DNA of 64,000 nucleotides from Candidatus Enterousia sp. (lineage in GTDB: Bacteria > Pseudomonadota > Alphaproteobacteria > Rs-D84): the NCBI GenBank assembly GCA_045606425.1, contig JAZURV010000001.1:6904-70903 (forward strand), in the 5' to 3' direction. Positions 46,073 to 55,904 of the stretch are shown piece after piece. The translations under genes and the position numbers were made by a program. The notes beneath the pieces are model-generated. The model did not search any database. It saw only the letters and a program-made list of their open reading frames with translations, and was not told the origin of the DNA. Position 1 is the first letter of the stretch, and each line of letters begins with the position of its first letter.

Positions 46073-46963
46073 ATGACAAAGACTTATTCGGGTTTTATAG
46101 CAATTGTCGGTCCAACCAATGCCGGCAAATCTACACTTGTGAACCAAATTATGGGGCGCAAGGTTTCTATTGTGTCGCACAAAGTGCAAACAACCCGTAC
46201 GCGTTTGCGTGCAATAAAGATGGTTGGCGACCGTCAGTTGATATTTGTTGATACACCGGGCGTTTTTAAACCGTCGCGCAGATTGGACAGGGCGATGGTC
46301 GGTGCAGCGATGTCTGCACTGGACGATGCTGATGCGGTTTTGTTGGTTGTTGATGCCCAGAAAGGAATCACACAAACTGTTTGTGATTTGGTTGAAAAAA
46401 TTAAATCACATAAAAACCTGTTTGTTGCATTGAACAAGGTCGATTCAATCGGGAAATTGACGCTTTTGCCAATGGTGGATAAATTGTCAAAAATGGCAAG
46501 TTTCAACGACATATTTATGATTTCTGCACTAAAAGATGAAGGTGTTTCAGAAATGCTGAAATCGTTGGCAAATGTCATGCCAGAATCGCCATATTTGTTT
46601 GCGGAACATGATGCAATCGATGTTCCAGATATGCTTTATTTATCAGAATTGACGCGTGAAAAGATATACAAATATATTCACCAAGAATTGCCGTATCACA
46701 TAAATGTTGTGACTGAAAAAGTCGAACAAGATGACGAAGGTGTTCTGGAAATATATCAAAAAATAGTTGTTCAAAATGCCGCGCACAAAAAAATAGTTGT
46801 TGGTCGTGGTGGTGAACAGTTAAAGAAAATTGGGACTGCGGCGCGTCATGATATCCAGGACCAATGGGGGGTAAATGCGCGTCTGCATTTATTTGTTCGT
46901 GTTGAAGAAAACTGGGAAGATGTCGCAGAAAACTATACCGACCAAGGATTAGAGTTTAAATAG
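46073..46963 (+). CDS. era: GTPase Era
   Basis: GFIAIVGPTNAGKSTL (G1), DTPG (G3), NKVD (G4) and a KH-domain C-terminus with VVGRGGEQLKKIG. Confidence 0.9.
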   Translation: MTKTYSGFIAIVGPTNAGKSTLVNQIMGRKVSIVSHKVQTTRTRLRAIKMVGDRQLIFVDTPGVFKPSRRLDRAMVGAAMSALDDADAVLLVVDAQKGITQTVCDLVEKIKSHKNLFVALNKVDSIGKLTLLPMVDKLSKMASFNDIFMISALKDEGVSEMLKSLANVMPESPYLFAEHDAIDVPDMLYLSELTREKIYKYIHQELPYHINVVTEKVEQDDEGVLEIYQKIVVQNAAHKKIVVGRGGEQLKKIGTAARHDIQDQWGVNARLHLFVRVEENWEDVAENYTDQGLEFK

Positions 46964-46977
46964 AAAAAGGATACACA

Positions 46978-47214
46978 ATGAAATATACAGAAAAAGAAGT
47001 TAATGCAATCATTAATAAAACTATTCGTAAAGAACGCAGAATTGCATCGGCACTGATATTTTTGTCGGGAATAATGGGAATTTTGGCGGGCAAATGTTCT
47101 AATCCGGTTCCGAACCGCGAAGTTAAATCGGGCATTGTGTCGGCTGATTCCGCAAAGGGTTTTCAACCTGGGGATACAATAAAGGTTATTTTGATAAAAG
47201 AAAAACAAAGATAA
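46978..47214 (+). CDS. Small membrane-anchored protein, tandem paralog 1
   Basis: MKYTEKEVN...FQPGDTIKVILIKEKQR. It is part of a ~250-bp tandem duplication. Confidence 0.5.
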   Translation: MKYTEKEVNAIINKTIRKERRIASALIFLSGIMGILAGKCSNPVPNREVKSGIVSADSAKGFQPGDTIKVILIKEKQR

Positions 47215-47227
47215 AAAAGGATACACA

Positions 47228-47452
47228 ATGAAATATACAGAAAAAGAAGTTAATAAAACTATTCGTAAAGAACGCGGGATTGCGTCGATCTTGATGCTTT
47301 CTTGCTTTGCAATTGGTATGTTGGCAGAAAGGTGTTCCAATACAACTGCGAATAGAGATGTCAAATCTGGTGTTGTGGCTGCTGATTCTGCCAAAAGTTT
47401 TCAACCTGGCGATACAATTAAAGTTATTTTGATAAAAGAAAAACAAAGATAA
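47228..47452 (+). CDS. Small membrane-anchored protein, tandem paralog 2
   Basis: Near-identical N- and C-termini to 46978-47214. Confidence 0.5.
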   Translation: MKYTEKEVNKTIRKERGIASILMLSCFAIGMLAERCSNTTANRDVKSGVVAADSAKSFQPGDTIKVILIKEKQR

Positions 47453-47465
47453 AAAAGGAATCATA

Positions 47466-47855
47466 GTGAAAAAAATAAATTATAAATTGTTGGCACTGAT
47501 GCCAATGTTTGTTTTGACGGGCTGTGGCGAAAAGCATGTGCATAAAAATATTGTCATAGGCAAAGCGTCTGTTGGCAACGACAAGATTTTCTCTGTCAAA
47601 GACATCAAAACGCGCGAAGAAAGGGTTTTCAGAATAGGTACCGGTCTGAATGCCAGAAGTGATTTTGATTTCTTTAAAATTGGTGATACAATATCCATTT
47701 ATACGGGCGGCGTATATCGTTCTGAAAAATATTATCAGACAAATGCAGTTTTGAATTCTGGCGAATTTGGAATGTCTTATAATTCTGATTTGATTGCCGC
47801 CAGACGTAAACAGCAAAAAATTGGTATGATGAACCAAAACACAAAACAAAGATAA
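47466..47855 (+). CDS. Small lipoprotein, distantly related to the two preceding genes
   Basis: GTG start, lipobox VLTGC, a FKIGDTISIY motif and a KQR C-terminus. Confidence 0.5.
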   Translation: MKKINYKLLALMPMFVLTGCGEKHVHKNIVIGKASVGNDKIFSVKDIKTREERVFRIGTGLNARSDFDFFKIGDTISIYTGGVYRSEKYYQTNAVLNSGEFGMSYNSDLIAARRKQQKIGMMNQNTKQR

Positions 47856-47856
47856 A

Positions 47857-49344
47857 ATGCTGTGTACATCTGATTTTGATTTTGAATTGCCGGGCGAACT
47901 GATTGCGTCGCATCCATTGCATGACCGTGATGCGTCGCGTATGTTGGTTGTAAACGCCGGCAAAACAGATGATAAACATATTCGTGATATAGTTTCTTTT
48001 ATTAAACCTGGCGATGTGGTTGTTTTTAATAATTCGCGTGTTATACCTGCGCGTTTTGATGCGGGTGGGCATGAAATAACATTGCATACATCTGTCAATG
48101 ACAAAGACTGGTGGGGGCTGTGTAAAAAATTCAATAAAATCAACATTGGTGATACGCTGACAATGGTTGACGGGACGGCTTTGACTGTGTTGGATAAAGA
48201 TGACGAAAGTGGACTTTTGTTGCACTTTAATTGTGATAATGTTTTTGATTTGTTGAATAAATATGGGAAAATGCCATTGCCACCATATATGAAACGCGAA
48301 GAAGAAACCGAAGATAGAGAGCGTTATCAAACCGTATATGCTGACTCGTTGGGGTCTATGGCGGCGCCAACCGCAGGACTTCATTTTACAGATGATTTGT
48401 TAAAAGAAATCGAAAAAGCCGGCGCAAAGATTGTAAAAATTACATTACATGTTGGCGCGGGCACATGGATGCCGGTAAAAACCGAAAATCTGAACGAACA
48501 CAAAATGCACAGCGAATGGTGCTGTATTACACCAGAACAAGCGGAAATTATAAATAATGCAAAGCGTGTTATTGCGGTTGGCACAACATCTATGCGCACA
48601 TTGGAAAGCGCCCATCAATTAGTGTTGAAAAGTCAAGTTCCCCTCCTGCGGAGGGGTGCCCGCAGGGCGGGGTGGTCTTTTGAAAAAGGTAAGTTTGGGG
48701 TTAATTTTGATTTGCCTTTTAATAAAAATCTTGCAGAACGTGCAAAACAATTGCGAAAAGCAGGCAGTTTACCAGAAGCATTGTTATGGAAAGAATTAAA
48801 GGGAAAACAAATCAACGGTCTTGATTTCGACAGACAAAAAGTTATTGGAAATTATATCATAGATTTTTTCTGTGAAGAACTTGGTATAGTTATCGAAATA
48901 GACGATAAATCTCATGATATGAAAGAAAAGTATGACGAAAACAGAGACAAATATTTAAAAAATCTCGGTCTTGAAATAATTCATATATCGGCAAAAGATG
49001 TGTTAAAAGACCCGGTGGGGGTTGCAAACTGGTTAAAGACCACCCTGGCCGTTGGCCACCCCTCCGCAGGAGGGGAACTTGCATCGCTGCAGGAAAAAAT
49101 GTGTGTCCCACGTGTTCAACCAATATGCCAAACCACAGATATATTTATCACACCGGGCTATAAATTTGGTGCGGTTGATGTGTTGTTGACGAATTTCCAT
49201 TTGCCAAAATCGACATTATTCATGTTGGTATCTGCATTTGCAGGACTGGACGAAATGAAAGCCGCCTATAAACACGCGGTTTCGGAAAAATACAGATTTT
49301 TCAGTTATGGTGATTGTTGTTTGTTGTTCAAAAAGGATGAATAA
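47857..49344 (+). CDS. queA: S-adenosylmethionine:tRNA ribosyltransferase-isomerase (QueA) carrying a ~150-aa in-frame insertion
   Basis: SDFDFELPGELIASHPL..RDASRML at the N-terminus; VGTTSMRTLESA, TDIFITPGYKF, NFHLPKSTLFMLVSAF and YRFFSYGD in the C-terminal part. It is 495 aa, whereas E. coli QueA is 356 aa. Confidence 0.85.
   Translation: MLCTSDFDFELPGELIASHPLHDRDASRMLVVNAGKTDDKHIRDIVSFIKPGDVVVFNNSRVIPARFDAGGHEITLHTSVNDKDWWGLCKKFNKINIGDTLTMVDGTALTVLDKDDESGLLLHFNCDNVFDLLNKYGKMPLPPYMKREEETEDRERYQTVYADSLGSMAAPTAGLHFTDDLLKEIEKAGAKIVKITLHVGAGTWMPVKTENLNEHKMHSEWCCITPEQAEIINNAKRVIAVGTTSMRTLESAHQLVLKSQVPLLRRGARRAGWSFEKGKFGVNFDLPFNKNLAERAKQLRKAGSLPEALLWKELKGKQINGLDFDRQKVIGNYIIDFFCEELGIVIEIDDKSHDMKEKYDENRDKYLKNLGLEIIHISAKDVLKDPVGVANWLKTTLAVGHPSAGGELASLQEKMCVPRVQPICQTTDIFITPGYKFGAVDVLLTNFHLPKSTLFMLVSAFAGLDEMKAAYKHAVSEKYRFFSYGDCCLLFKKDE
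48634..49081 (+). mobile_element. TIR-bounded cassette encoding a DUF559 / Vsr-like endonuclease domain, inserted in-frame in queA
   Basis: Left end CAAGTTCCCCTCCTGCGGAGGGGTG... and right end ...CACCCCTCCGCAGGAGGGGAACTTG are inverted (25 nt perfect, ~47 nt imperfect). The interior encodes LPFNKNLAERAKQLRK..LPEALLWKELKGKQINGLDFDRQKVIGNYIIDFFCEELGIVIEIDDKSHD. Confidence 0.6.
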
Positions 49345-49346
49345 AC

Positions 49347-50615
49347 ATGAAATACGAACCAACTTCTCATAAACTTTCTAATGGTGTCACTGTTATATTA
49401 GACCCGATGGACATAGAAACTGTGGCTGTCAAAATACGTTTTGCAACAGGCAGTCGTGATGAAAAAACCGAAAATTACGGTATCACACACTTTTGTGAAC
49501 ATATGCTGGTCAAAGGAACCAAAAGATTTGCATCTCGCAAAGATTTGAAAGATTTTATAGACAACAAAGGCGGCCAATTTAACGCATCTACTTCTGATCG
49601 CTCTTTGCAATTACATGGTCGAATAATCGCGGAAAACACAAATGATTTACTAGAATTGTTTGCAGATATGTTGCAAAATTCTGTGTTTGATAATCAAAAA
49701 ATAGAAATTGAACGCGGTGTAATTTTAGACGAAAGACGCCAATCTGTGTGTTCCATTAAGCGCAAATTTTGGGATCTTGTAGATACAAGTTTGTTCAGTC
49801 ATTCTCATTTTCGAACTATTGGCAGTGAAGAGAACATAAAATCTTTTACTCGCGAACAAATGCTGAATTGGTTGAACGAACGTTTATCTGCGCAAAATTG
49901 TATAATATGTATATCTGGACGCATAAACGATAAAGAAAAACTTTTGGAAAAATTAGAAAGTTTGTACGGCTTTTTGCCAAATCGTCAAGTGTCAACAAAC
50001 AAAGAATTAAAATATACGCCGTGTGATAAATTTTCTTATGATTCAAGTTTAAAAAATGTACGGATATGTATTGCTTTTCCATATATTCGTCCTGATACAT
50101 ATGAAAATATATTTAAAGATATCGCAGAATCAAAGTTTCGTAAATATCTGTCCCAAGAATTAAACGAAGCACTTCGTCATCAAAACGGATTAGTGTACGG
50201 ACTTGGGGTGTCTAGTTATGGCAACGAAATAAATGGTGTGCGTGGCATAGAAACAGAAACTTCGCCAGAAAATTTGGAACGTGTGGTGGCTTTAATTGCA
50301 CGAACAGCATATCGTGTATATTACAAAGATAAAATAACCCAACAAGTAATTGACAGAATCACTAACAGTCATAAACTTGCAGATGCAGATTTTCTGGAAA
50401 ATGCATCGCAACGACGTGATCTTTTAATCGCAAATTGGGCAGATTTTGGCGTTTTATATGAATATAATCGTATCATAGAGATGGACAGAGCCACATGTGT
50501 CAAAGATGTAATAGAAGCGTCCACGGGCTTTTTTGATGGGCCTATGTCAATTATAAGTTTTGGTGCAGAACACAGTTTAGATTTACGTCAAATCTGGATT
50601 GATAATTTTAAATAA
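49347..50615 (+). CDS. M16-family (pitrilysin/insulinase-like) zinc peptidase
   Basis: HxxEH motif in GITHFCEHMLVKGT. Confidence 0.8.
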   Translation: MKYEPTSHKLSNGVTVILDPMDIETVAVKIRFATGSRDEKTENYGITHFCEHMLVKGTKRFASRKDLKDFIDNKGGQFNASTSDRSLQLHGRIIAENTNDLLELFADMLQNSVFDNQKIEIERGVILDERRQSVCSIKRKFWDLVDTSLFSHSHFRTIGSEENIKSFTREQMLNWLNERLSAQNCIICISGRINDKEKLLEKLESLYGFLPNRQVSTNKELKYTPCDKFSYDSSLKNVRICIAFPYIRPDTYENIFKDIAESKFRKYLSQELNEALRHQNGLVYGLGVSSYGNEINGVRGIETETSPENLERVVALIARTAYRVYYKDKITQQVIDRITNSHKLADADFLENASQRRDLLIANWADFGVLYEYNRIIEMDRATCVKDVIEASTGFFDGPMSIISFGAEHSLDLRQIWIDNFK

Positions 50616-50624
50616 GGAAATGTA

Positions 50625-52156
<1,532 letters not shown>

Positions 52157-52217
52157 AAATCACTTGAAAAGCACGCGAATATTTTTATAAGATAAACTTA
52201 AACCAAGGGGGAATCTT

Positions 52218-53204
52218 ATGCCAAAAAAACAAATCGAAGTTATTGACCGTGGCGGTGCCAAAACTGTCGCAAAGAAACCATCTGTTATAAAAATGACAAA
52301 GCGCACTTTTGCGATAGTGTCTGTGATATGGTTGTTGTTTGTTGCGTGGTTTCCATTGTATGTAAAGAATCATTATGCGGGTCCGATTAAAAAGTCAATG
52401 GTTGTATCCATGTTTTTTGATTTACAAAGAAATATTCAAGAGCAATATCAAAGATTGTTGGACGGAATAAAAGATTCTATAAATCTGGAAAAACCTGTCG
52501 CGATAGCAATAGAAAAAGTAAAAATTGTCGAAGGTGGCGTTGCAAAAGTGACCGATACAACGGCCAAAGCAAAAGAGCAGACAAACAAAGTTAAACAAGA
52601 AACAAAAAAAGTTTCTGCGATAACCGGTTTGGCGAATAAATTTGGGATTAAAACTGGCGAAATCGACAAAGCGGTAGAAGAAACAAACAAAGCCGTTGCT
52701 GTTGCAGATAAAAATATTGCAAAGGTTGATGCGGTTGCAGAACAAGTAAATAAAAAACTGGATTCTGTTAAAACCGAATTGGTAAAGGTTTCACAAATCG
52801 AAGTCGATAAAATGATTGACGAAGCCGTCAAAAAGCAATTGGATAAAAATACAGGTTTGGGAACAACATTGTTGACCAATTATGGCATCAAACATGTTTA
52901 TCCGTGGCGTCCGTCAAGTTGGCCTGTGGCAACCAAGATTTATAATGATTTGGAAAAATCAAATCTGGGTGTAGTGCAAATTCTGACCAATACGGTGAAC
53001 AAATACTTTAATTATGTTGCATGGGGTCTGGTGATTGCCGCGTGGGCATTGGGCGTCTTGATATGGGGTTTTGCATTTTCAAAGGTAAACCTGTTCTTGA
53101 AACCGTTCCTGGTGTGTCCGCGTTGTGGTCATACAATTGCAGATAAACGAACTGCGCTCGGCTTGTTGCGCGCGTTTCAACCTTGGAAATGGTTTGGAAT
53201 ATAA
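52218..53204 (+). CDS. Hypothetical membrane protein with a central coiled coil and a C-terminal CPRC motif
   Basis: N-terminal TM, a Lys/Ala/Val heptad-like region, two C-terminal TM helices and CPRCGH. Confidence 0.45.
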   Translation: MPKKQIEVIDRGGAKTVAKKPSVIKMTKRTFAIVSVIWLLFVAWFPLYVKNHYAGPIKKSMVVSMFFDLQRNIQEQYQRLLDGIKDSINLEKPVAIAIEKVKIVEGGVAKVTDTTAKAKEQTNKVKQETKKVSAITGLANKFGIKTGEIDKAVEETNKAVAVADKNIAKVDAVAEQVNKKLDSVKTELVKVSQIEVDKMIDEAVKKQLDKNTGLGTTLLTNYGIKHVYPWRPSSWPVATKIYNDLEKSNLGVVQILTNTVNKYFNYVAWGLVIAAWALGVLIWGFAFSKVNLFLKPFLVCPRCGHTIADKRTALGLLRAFQPWKWFGI

Positions 53205-53232
53205 TAAAACACCGCCCGTTCGGGCGGTTTTT
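53205..53232 (+). terminator. Intrinsic terminator
   Basis: Hairpin caccgccc-gttc-gggcggt followed by T5. Confidence 0.7.
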
Positions 53233-53249
53233 AATTTGGAATAGTTTTT

Positions 53250-53528
53250 TTATCTTGATTTTGTAACGCATTTTACAGCAATGTTTGTGAACAGTTCGCA
53301 TTTCTTTGTTATCAAATCTGAATTGTAAGATAAAGGGAACACGATGTCGACGACATCGGCGCCGTACTGATTTTTTGTTGCGGTTACGGTTATTTCTTTT
53401 TCGGCCGTCAAAGCGTTATATAAAGGGCATTCGGCCAATGGTTTAGAACAAAGTGCTGGACAGAGGTTGCCCATATTGCAACCAGTGACAGGATTCTTTG
53501 CGCGAAAGTTAATATATTTTGCCTTCAT
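53250..53528 (-). CDS. Hypothetical small Cys-containing protein
   Basis: ORF only. Confidence 0.35.
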   Translation of the reverse strand: MKAKYINFRAKNPVTGCNMGNLCPALCSKPLAECPLYNALTAEKEITVTATKNQYGADVVDIVFPLSYNSDLITKKCELFTNIAVKCVTKSR

Positions 53529-53586
53529 TTTTTTAATCTGCTTGTGTTCAAAGAAACATAAAACACCCTTTCGGGTGTTTAAATTC

Positions 53587-53663
53587 TGGTGCGAGCAAAG
53601 GGGCTCGAACCCTCGACCTCAACCTTGGCAAGGTTGCGCTCTAGCCAACTGAGCTACGCTCGC
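53587..53663 (-). tRNA. tRNA-Gly(GCC)
   Basis: The reverse complement GCGAGCGTAGCTCAGTTGGCTAGAGCGCAACCTTGCCAAGGTTGAGGTCGAGGGTTCGAGCCCCTTTGCTCGCACCA has anticodon loop TTGCCAA. Confidence 0.9.
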
Positions 53664-53711
53664 ATTGCCTGCACATTCTGACATACTTTTTTGTACAATG
53701 CAAGTATTTTT

Positions 53712-54167
53712 TTATTTTTGTTTTTCCATCGCTGCCCGCAGTGCTTTAATAAAAGGACTGACGCGCGGGTCGTTCAGGTCAAGAACACGACCGGCCTGTC
53801 TGAATTGAATGGATTCATAATCCGTCGTGCACATAATGATGGGTGCCTGAACAGGTTTGTTTTTTTGGTCTTTTCTGTTTGGGTTGACCGGTTTTTGTTG
53901 TTCTAGATATGCCACTATTGCACCAACGCGTCCGTCGTTTTCTATGGCATACCAATCTGCTTCGGATATGGCTATGTTAAATTTTTCTTCTAATTTCATG
54001 TGCGCTTCGACAGAATCCAATGAATCGAACCCCAGGTCTTTAAAGATATTATCTGTGCTTTTCAGGTTTGGATACGAATTAAAGTGTTTTATGTCAAACA
54101 AAACGCGTGCCACCATATCATGAATTTGTTGTTTTGATAAATATTTGTCATTTTGTTTTTTTTCCAT
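53712..54167 (-). CDS. Acyl-carrier-protein-like protein with a ~70-aa C-terminal extension
   Basis: FKDLGFDSLDSVEAHMKLEEKFNIAI is a canonical ACP Ser-attachment motif. The extension has no recognised motif. Confidence 0.6.
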   Translation of the reverse strand: MEKKQNDKYLSKQQIHDMVARVLFDIKHFNSYPNLKSTDNIFKDLGFDSLDSVEAHMKLEEKFNIAISEADWYAIENDGRVGAIVAYLEQQKPVNPNRKDQKNKPVQAPIIMCTTDYESIQFRQAGRVLDLNDPRVSPFIKALRAAMEKQK

Positions 54168-54424
54168 TTTTATACTCCGTGTGTGGGTTAAATCAGATTG
54201 TCTTTGCACTATATCAGCCCTAACAACTTTGTCAATTTTTTTGCCTGATAAAAAACAGTTGAAAAATTTGGATTTATATTATAAAATTGACCCAGAAAAA
54301 AACAGAAGCAGAACAATGTTAAACATAAAACGCTTTTTTGAATAATCAGGTGCGACCATAAACAAACAAATGTGGCGGGCGCACTTTATGTGTCCGTTTT
54401 TTTAAATAACCAAGGGAAAAAACA

Positions 54425-55891
54425 ATGTCAGAAAACGCAACTATATCAACAAACGAACTGCAGGCCCGCCTGCAAAAGGTTGAAAATATAAAACAGCGCG
54501 ACGGTGTCGTTTGGAAAGATAAATTTGATCGTACACATACCATTGAACAGGCGCGCGAATTGCCTGATGACACCCCGGTTGTGTTGTGTGGGCGTGTGAC
54601 GGCTTTGCGTTGGTTGGGCAAACTGATGTTTGGGCGCATTTATGATATCAACGGCGAAATTCAGTTTTCTATGTCCCGCGAAGAATTGGGTGAAGAAAAC
54701 TATAAATTTATGAAGGCGAATGTGGACCTGGGGGATTTTATAGGTATTACCGGCACGCTGTATCATACAACCGCAGGGGAATTGACCGTAAGGGTTTCAA
54801 AATATGAAATTTTGGCAAAGGCTTTGCGTCCACTGCCTGAAAAATATCATGGTTTGACAGATACCGAAACGCGTTATCGCCAAAGATATCTGGACATTAT
54901 TTCGAATCCAGATGCGCGCAACGCGTTGCTGGGACGTTTCAAGATGACGCAGTATTGGCGTGATTTTATGAATGCGAACGGTTTCTTAGAAATCGAAACA
55001 CCTGTTATGCAAAATATTGCATCTGGTGCGGCGGCAAAACCTTTTACAACACATCACAACGCCCTGGACGCAGATTTTCAGTTGCGTATTTCGCCTGAAT
55101 TATTCTTGAAACAGGCGATTGGTGCCGGTTTTGACCGTGTGTATGAGGTTGCCAAAGATTTCCGTAACGAAGGCATGGACGCGATGCACCTGCAGGAATT
55201 TACCATGGTTGAATGGTATGCCGCATATTGGGATTATAAAAAGAATATGCAATTCACATGGGATTTGATACAAAATCTGATTCAGAAATGCCGTGGTACA
55301 TTACAGATTGAATACCAGGGCACACCGCTGGATTTTTCGTCGTATGAAACAATGGATTATACTGCAAAGATGAACGAATTGTTTGGTTGCAATATTCTGG
55401 ATTTTGACGATGTAGATAAATTGCGTCAACAATTGGTTGATAATGGTATGTTCCCGGCGGGCGAATTGGACGATTTAAAATCTATACCGACATTGGTGGA
55501 TTATGTTTATAAACGCAAAATCCGCGGTGATATAATTAAACCTACATTCTTGTATAACTATCCGACATATATGGTGCCACTGGCGCGTCACAGTGACAGC
55601 GACGACAGATGTCTGGACATGTTCCAGTTGTTGGTGTGTGGTGCCGAAATATGCAAAGGCTATTCAGAATTGGTCAATCCAATTCAGCAATTGGCGGCGT
55701 TCGAAGAACAGGCAAAAAATATCGCCGGCGGTGACGAAGAAGCCTTTAACCCAGATAACGATTTTGTTCGTTCGATGGAACATGGTTTTCCACCGATTTC
55801 TGGTGTCGGTATGGGCGTGGACAGATTGGCGTCAATTATATTTGACCAACCAACACTGCGCGATGTCATATTGTTCCCGATAATGAAATAG
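54425..55891 (+). CDS. lysS: Lysine--tRNA ligase (class II)
   Basis: OB-fold N-terminus, RYRQRYLD, FLEIETP, FRNEG and the GMGVDRL motif 3 region. Confidence 0.9.
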   Translation: MSENATISTNELQARLQKVENIKQRDGVVWKDKFDRTHTIEQARELPDDTPVVLCGRVTALRWLGKLMFGRIYDINGEIQFSMSREELGEENYKFMKANVDLGDFIGITGTLYHTTAGELTVRVSKYEILAKALRPLPEKYHGLTDTETRYRQRYLDIISNPDARNALLGRFKMTQYWRDFMNANGFLEIETPVMQNIASGAAAKPFTTHHNALDADFQLRISPELFLKQAIGAGFDRVYEVAKDFRNEGMDAMHLQEFTMVEWYAAYWDYKKNMQFTWDLIQNLIQKCRGTLQIEYQGTPLDFSSYETMDYTAKMNELFGCNILDFDDVDKLRQQLVDNGMFPAGELDDLKSIPTLVDYVYKRKIRGDIIKPTFLYNYPTYMVPLARHSDSDDRCLDMFQLLVCGAEICKGYSELVNPIQQLAAFEEQAKNIAGGDEEAFNPDNDFVRSMEHGFPPISGVGMGVDRLASIIFDQPTLRDVILFPIMK

Positions 55892-55904
55892 GAAAGGATT
55901 TTTC

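Noticed and set aside
45217-47855. Four proteins ending in -KQR (dcd, the two small tandem proteins, and the lipoprotein), with AAACAAAGATAA at each stop
   Set aside because: For the tandem paralogs this follows from duplication. For dcd, on the opposite strand, the 12-nt match in an A-rich genome is most simply coincidence, and I see no structure or symmetry linking the sites.
47424-48384. Long minus-strand ORFs (47424-48146 and 47674-48384) opposite the lipoprotein gene and queA
   Set aside because: They are antisense to genes with strong motif support, and their translations are low-complexity.
48634-49081. An intein or group I/II intron as the explanation for the queA insertion
   Set aside because: There are no intein splice-junction residues (N-terminal Cys/Ser, C-terminal HN followed by Cys/Ser/Thr) and no Hint-domain blocks. 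The insert is too short, lacks conserved intron structures, and is fully in-frame. The terminal inverted repeats point to a transposon- or MITE-type insertion.
54210-54424. Possible T-box or other leader upstream of lysS
   Set aside because: I could find no specifier or T-box consensus, and only weak hairpins. The evidence is insufficient to report.
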